This document shows, piece after piece, positions 58,818-64,000 of a DNA stretch of 64,000 bases. Origin of the DNA: an uncultured Gemmatimonadaceae bacterium. Lineage in GTDB: Bacteria; Gemmatimonadota; Gemmatimonadetes; Gemmatimonadales; Gemmatimonadaceae. Made by a program: the position numbers and the translations under genes. The notes beneath the pieces were generated by a model that was given only the letters and a program-made list of their open reading frames with translations, ran no database searches and was not told where the DNA came from. Where the stretch lies: contig CAWJMB010000002.1 of NCBI GenBank assembly GCA_963843845.1, positions 1,184,001 through 1,248,000 of the forward strand. Direction: 5' to 3'. Position 1 is the stretch's first letter, and each line of letters starts with the position of its first letter.

Positions 58818-60405
58818 ATGACTACGCTCGCCTCCGACCCGCCGCCGTCCGACCTCGCCGACGGCGCCCGTCGCGCTGCGCATCCTCATCGTCGACGACG
58901 ACCGCGACGCTGCGCGAGGGGTGTGCGAACATCCTCCGCCTGGACGGGCACGACGTCGTCGTCGTGTCGCGCGGCGAGGAGGCGATCGAACTCGCGGCGC
59001 GGCGGCCATTCGACGTGGCCCTCGTCGACCTCTACATGACGCCGGTCGGAGGGCTGGACGTGCTGCGGGCGATCACCGCGGCGACGCCGCAGACACGCTC
59101 GTCGTCGTCATGACGGGCAATCCGACGGTCGCGTCGAGCCTCGAGGCGCTGCGGGCCGGCGCGTGGGACTACCTGCCGAAGCCGTTCGCGGCGTCGCACC
59201 TCCAGGTGCTCGTCGGCCGCGCGGCGCACGCGGCGCGGCCGAAGAGCGCCGCCGCCGCCGCCGCGCTCGCCGTGCGCCGCAGTCGGCAGCCGGCGACGTG
59301 CGCCCGGCGAGCGGCCGCCTCCGAGCTGCGCGCCGAGACCGGCGGCGCCGCAGCCGGCAGCGGCGACGCGCTGCTCGGCGACTCGCCGGCGTTCCGCCAG
59401 GCGGTCGACGATGGCACGCCGCGTCGCCCCGACCGACGCGTCGGTCATGATCTTCGGCGAGAGCGGCACGGGCAAGGAGCTCATCGCGCAGTTCATCCAC
59501 CGGCACAGCCGGCGCGCGAGCGCGGAAGCTCGTGGCGCTCAACTGCGCGGCGCTCCCGGAGACGCTGCTCGAGAGCGAGATGTTCGGGCACCGGAAAGGG
59601 CGCGTTCACCGGCGCCGACCGCGACAAGCCGGGCCTGCTCGAGGTCGCGAACGGCGGCACGCTGTTCCTCGACGAGCTCGGCGAGATGCCGATGCTCGCT
59701 CCAGGCGAAGCTGCTCCGCGTGATCCAGGACGGCGTCGTGCGGCGCGTCGGCAGCGAGAAGCAGGACGACGGTCGTGAACGTGCGCTTCATCGCGGCGAC
59801 GAACCGCGACCCGCACGAGGCGGTGCGCGACGGCCTGCTGCGCGAGGACCTGTTCTATCGGCTCTGCGTGGTGCCGATCAAGCTGCCCCCGCTGCGGCAG
59901 CGCGCCGACGACGTGGCGCTGCTCGCCCAGCACTTCGCGCGATCGGTTCTGGCGCGCGCCACCGCGGGAGCGGCGCGCCGGCGCCGACGTTCACGCCGGA
60001 GTGCCTCGCGTTCCTCGCAGACGCGGCCCGTGGCCGGGGAACGTGCGCGCAGCTGCAGAACGTCATCGAGCACGTGATGGTCATCGCCGAGCCGGGCGCC
60101 CAGCTCGGCCCCGACGACATCCCGCTGTTCGACGAGATCCCGGCGGACATCGGCGGACGCGCGGCGTCGGGGACGTTCCCGCACGACATCTTCGACGACA
60201 ACTTCCACGCCGCGAAGGACAAGGTGGTCGCGCACTTCGAGCGCGAGTACCTGCACGCGGCTCACGGCGCGCACCGGCGGCAACATGTCGCGCGCGGCGC
60301 GCATCGCCGGGATCGACCGCACGACGCTGTACCGGCTGATGGAGAAGCACGATCTCCGCCGCGACGACCTGGGGACGGTGGCGATCGGGGAGCTCGAGCG
60401 CGTGA
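58818..60405 (+). CDS. Sigma54-dependent response regulator (REC-AAA+-Fis HTH; NtrC/PrsR-like), frameshifted
   Basis: [61 protein letters not shown]; end inferred at TGA 60403-60405. Confidence 0.88.
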
Positions 60406-61679
60406 GCCGGTTCGAGATCGGCCGCCGGCCGACGCCTCCAGCGACGTCCATCGCGCCGCTCGGGGCGGTCGTGCCCCCGGTGTCGGCCGTGCTGGCGGCG
60501 GAGTCCGTGCGCCCGCCGCTGCGCCTCGTTCTCGACGCTCCGCCGCCACGCGGCATCGAGCTGTGGGAATCGCTCGACCGTGCCGCCGGGTGGGTGCTCG
60601 ACGAGCTCGAGGCCGGCCGTCTCGCGGCCGCCGGCGCGCCGAGCCCGGCACAGCACGAACAGACGCGGCACGCGTTACGGCTGCTCTGCGTCGCGGCGCG
60701 CGCCGCGCTCACCGCGGCGAACGACCTGCACGCCGTGGCGACGCTGCTCGGTCATGATCTGCCGCCGGGCACGTCGGCGATCGAGCTGCTGCGCGCCCTC
60801 CGTCGCCGCTTCGTCGCCCAGCAGCTCGACGCGCCGGCCGCCGAGGCCACGGACGCGCTGCGCGCGCTCGCCGCGCTCGACGAGATCGAACACGCGCTCG
60901 AGCGTGATGGCGTCCGATCGCTCGTCGACGGGCTCACCGGCGCGAACGCGCTCGAACAGCTCGTCGAGGTCGCGCACGACATGCGCTCGCCGCTCGGCTC
61001 GATCCTCGTGCTCGTCGAGCGGCTGCGCGCGCAGACGGGCGACGGGGCGTCGGCGACCGAGGTCGCGGGTGTTTCGAGCGCGCCCGCGACCGCGGTCGAT
61101 GCCGACCGCATGCTCGCGCTCGTGCAAGGCGCGGCCTACGGGCTCAGCGCGATGGTCGGCGACGTGATGGAGGCCGCGCGCGGGGGTGACATGCTCGCCG
61201 CAGGGGCGCCCGCGCCATTCTCCGTCGACGCCGTGCTGGCGACGGTCGGCGCGATCGCCGCGCCGCTCGCCGACGAGCGCGGGCTACGGCTCGAGGTGCG
61301 GTGCGCGTGTCCCGGGATGCGCGTCGGTCACGGCGCGGCGATTCAGCGCGTGCTCGTCAACCTCGTGACGAACGCGATCAAGTACACGCCGACCGGAAGT
61401 GTGACGCTCACGGCGATCGGCACGGAGGACGCGTGTCGCTTCACGATTCGCGATACGGGACGGGGGATCCCGGCGCGCGTTCTCGCGCAGCTGTTCCAGC
61501 CGTTCCGGCGCCGCACGACCCGCGGGGGCGGGCGCGCCGGCTCGGCGTTCTCGAGCGCGGGGCTCGGGCTCGCGATCTGTCAGCGGCTCCTCGGCGCGAT
61601 GGAGAGCGAGCTCCGGGTCGAGTCGATCGACGGCGTCGGGACGACCTTCGCGTTCGAACTCGCACTCCCCGCCACGTGA
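60402..61679 (+). CDS. Soluble histidine kinase (HisKA + HATPase_c)
   Basis: H-box [11 protein letters not shown]-box [23 protein letters not shown]; no TM; GGGGAG then GTG at 60402. Confidence 0.85.
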   Translation: MSRFEIGRRPTPPATSIAPLGAVVPPVSAVLAAESVRPPLRLVLDAPPPRGIELWESLDRAAGWVLDELEAGRLAAAGAPSPAQHEQTRHALRLLCVAARAALTAANDLHAVATLLGHDLPPGTSAIELLRALRRRFVAQQLDAPAAEATDALRALAALDEIEHALERDGVRSLVDGLTGANALEQLVEVAHDMRSPLGSILVLVERLRAQTGDGASATEVAGVSSAPATAVDADRMLALVQGAAYGLSAMVGDVMEAARGGDMLAAGAPAPFSVDAVLATVGAIAAPLADERGLRLEVRCACPGMRVGHGAAIQRVLVNLVTNAIKYTPTGSVTLTAIGTEDACRFTIRDTGRGIPARVLAQLFQPFRRRTTRGGGRAGSAFSSAGLGLAICQRLLGAMESELRVESIDGVGTTFAFELALPAT

Positions 61680-61698
61680 CTCGGCGCTCGCCAGCGCG

Positions 61699-62502
61699 AT
61701 GGACAAGGCTCCGAGCCGCAATCAGCTTTCCGGCCGTCGAACGGGAGCTCGTGCCCTGCAGTACATCCTGATGCCCAACCTGCGCTACGTCATTCGGACG
61801 TCGGATCATCCGGTCGCCCGCTTCGCTCGTGTCGCGCGGCGCGCGGCGATCGATTTCTCGCTTCCCGTTCCTCGCGTCTTCGCTCGGCCGCTCGTGCGAG
61901 TGTTCTACGGAGTTCGCGCCGCGTACGAATGGGTGCTTCGCGTGTTTCTCTGCGAGCCGTTTCTGAAGGCGCAGTGCGAGACGTACGGCCGCGGGGTCCA
62001 CACGGGACGGTTTCTGCATTACATCATGGGCGCGGGAGCCATCCGGCTCGGCCACCGCGTGCGTCTCGACGGGAAGAGCAATTTCATCTTCGCGTCGGTG
62101 CTGCCCGAGCGCCCGGTGCTCGAGATTGGCGACGACAGCTACGTCAATCACAGCTGCGGCTTCATCGTCGCGCGACGGGTCACGATCGGCCGGAACGTGA
62201 TGATCGCGGCTGGCGTCGTCATCTTCGACTCGCCCGGGCACCCGCTCGACGCGGACGAGCGCATCGCCCATCGCCCGCCGGCGCCGGAAGACATCAAGCC
62301 GGTGACGATCGGGGACAAGGTGTGGATCGCCACCGGCGCGAAGATCTTTCCGGGTGTCACCATCGGCGAGGGCGCGGTGGTCGCGATGGACGCGCTGGTC
62401 ACGAAGGACGTGCCCCCCTACACGCTCGTCGGTGGCAGCCCCGCTCGGCCGATCCGGTCGCTGCGCCCCGACGCCTCACGCTCATCCGGCACCGCACGAT
62501 GA
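61699..62502 (+). CDS. Hexapeptide-repeat acyltransferase (start possibly 61771)
   Basis: VTIGDKVWIATGAKIFPGVTIGEGAVV...VTKDVPP...GSPAR. Confidence 0.85.
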   Translation: MDKAPSRNQLSGRRTGARALQYILMPNLRYVIRTSDHPVARFARVARRAAIDFSLPVPRVFARPLVRVFYGVRAAYEWVLRVFLCEPFLKAQCETYGRGVHTGRFLHYIMGAGAIRLGHRVRLDGKSNFIFASVLPERPVLEIGDDSYVNHSCGFIVARRVTIGRNVMIAAGVVIFDSPGHPLDADERIAHRPPAPEDIKPVTIGDKVWIATGAKIFPGVTIGEGAVVAMDALVTKDVPPYTLVGGSPARPIRSLRPDASRSSGTAR

Positions 62503-62993
62503 CCGCCCGCTCGCCGCTGTCGTCGGGTCGCTACTGGCTCATGAAGACCGAGCCCCGCACCTACGGGTTCGACGACCTGTGGCGGGCCCCCGGGCGCACG
62601 ACCACGTGGGACGGGACGCGGAACTACCAGGTGCGCAACTTCATGCGCGACGAGATGCACGTCGGCGACGGAGTGCTGATCTACCATTCGAGCGCCGATC
62701 CGACCGGCGTCGCCGGCGTCGCGGAGATCGCGAGCGCCGCGTACGCGGACGAGACCGCGTTCGACCCGGACGACTCGCACTTCGATCCGAAGAGCCGCCG
62801 TGACGCCCCGACGTGGCTCGCCGTCGACGTCCGCGCCACGGCACGGCTGCCGCGGTTCGTGTCGCTCGACGTGATGAAGGGAGAGCCGGCGCTCGCCGAC
62901 ATGGCGGCGCTGCGGCGCGGCAACCGGCTCAGCGTCACCCCGGTCACGGCCGCGGAGTGGGCGGCGATCCGACGCCTCGGCGGACTGCGGTAG
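62499..62993 (+). CDS. EVE domain protein (THYN1-like)
   Basis: YWLMKTEP, WDGTRNYQVRNFM, YHS, RLSVTPV. Confidence 0.92.
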   Translation: MTARSPLSSGRYWLMKTEPRTYGFDDLWRAPGRTTTWDGTRNYQVRNFMRDEMHVGDGVLIYHSSADPTGVAGVAEIASAAYADETAFDPDDSHFDPKSRRDAPTWLAVDVRATARLPRFVSLDVMKGEPALADMAALRRGNRLSVTPVTAAEWAAIRRLGGLR

Positions 62994-63091
62994 CCTGCGA
63001 CGAACGGCTACATTGCGGTAACGCGTGCGCGCCGCGCAGGCGACCTGTCACGACGAACCGCGACCGTTAGGCACCGCAGAGGGATGAACGG

Positions 63092-64000
63092 ATGAGCGAG
63101 AACGAGACCGCGACCGCTGCTGCACTCGAAGTCCGCGACCCGCGCACGGGAAAGAGCTACGCGATGCCGATTCTTCCCGTCGGCACCGAGGGCGACACGG
63201 CCGTGCGCGCGATGGACCTGCGCCAGATCAAGGTCGAACGCCGACGAGTTCGGGCTGATGAGCTACGACCCGGCGTTCATGAACACGGCGTCGTGCAAGA
63301 GCGCGATCACGTTCATCGACGGCGACAAGGGGATCCTGCGCTACCGCGGCTACCCGATCGAGCAGCTCGCCGAGAAGGCGACGTTCCTCGAGGTCGCGTG
63401 GCTGCTGCGCAACGGCGAGCTGCCGACGCAGCCGCGAGTACGACGACGTGGGTGCACGACATCACGTACCACACGTACGTGCACGAGAACATCAAGACGT
63501 TCCTCGCAGGGCTTCCGCTACGACGCGCACCCGATGTCGATGCTCGTGCAGCTCGCGTCGCCGCGCTGTCGAGCTTCTACCCGAAGGCGAAGAACATCCA
63601 GGACCCGGCAGCAGCGCCACATCGCGATCATCCGCCTGCTCGCGAAGCTGCCGACGATCGCCGCGTTCTGCTTCCGGCACGTGAAGGGGCTGCCGTTCAT
63701 CTACCCCGACAACGACCTCGGCTACGTCGAGAACTTCCTCTCGATGGTCGCGCGCATGTCGGAGCCGAAGTACGAGGCGCAACCCGGTCTTCGTGAAGGC
63801 GCTCGAGGTGCTGTTCATCCTCCACGCCGACCACGAGCAGAACTGCTCGACGAGCGCGGTGCGCGCCGTCGGCTCGCTCGCACGTCGACCCGTTCTCGGC
63901 GGTCGCGGCGGGCATCGCGGCGCTCTACGGCCCGCTGCACGGCGGCGCGAACGAGGCGGTGCTGCACATGATCAAGGAGATCGGCGACACGAAGAACGTC
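63092..64000 (+). CDS. gltA: Citrate synthase, frameshifted, partial at the window end
   Basis: [60 protein letters not shown]. Confidence 0.95.

Noticed and set aside
62499..62993. EVE protein as part of a modification-dependent defence system
   Set aside because: Stand-alone THYN1-like EVE with no nuclease or toxin neighbour; housekeeping context

Overview
Very GC-rich bacterial chromosome segment. Gene content and protein style suggest Gemmatimonadota (inference). There are no rRNA/tRNA genes, CRISPR arrays or mobile elements that I can support. Layout: (1) 0-10 kb: peptidase, amidohydrolase, a FadL-type porin + SGNH lipoprotein pair, acyl-CoA dehydrogenase and a zinc-peptidase lipoprotein. 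(2) 10-14 kb: rfbBA-wxcM(fdtCA)-fdtB amino-sugar operon. (3) 14-22 kb: methionine locus (YitJ-type Hcy-MT/MetF fusion, SahR-type ArsR-methyltransferase regulator, metH) with two near-identical palindromic operators. (4) 22-27 kb: a ~1425-aa subtilase with ricin, nine Ig-like repeats and PKD, then YggT. (5) 27.6-62.5 kb: a ~35-kb Wzx/Wzy surface-polysaccharide locus carrying an HpsJ-like protein-exosortase-EpsI module, a c-di-GMP-I riboswitch in front of a large lipoprotein with a putative polysaccharide-lyase/hydrolase domain, wza/wzc, and a sigma54 response regulator + soluble histidine kinase. (6) EVE protein and the start of citrate synthase. The best candidate for an undescribed system is the riboswitch, whose extended P1 stem would bury the Shine-Dalgarno of the putative EPS-degrading lipoprotein (c-di-GMP OFF switch), inside an exosortase-linked EPS locus. 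Many conserved genes carry multiple frameshifts that look like consensus errors rather than pseudogenes, so their boundaries are reconstructed by eye. All family assignments come from motif recognition only; no searches were run.
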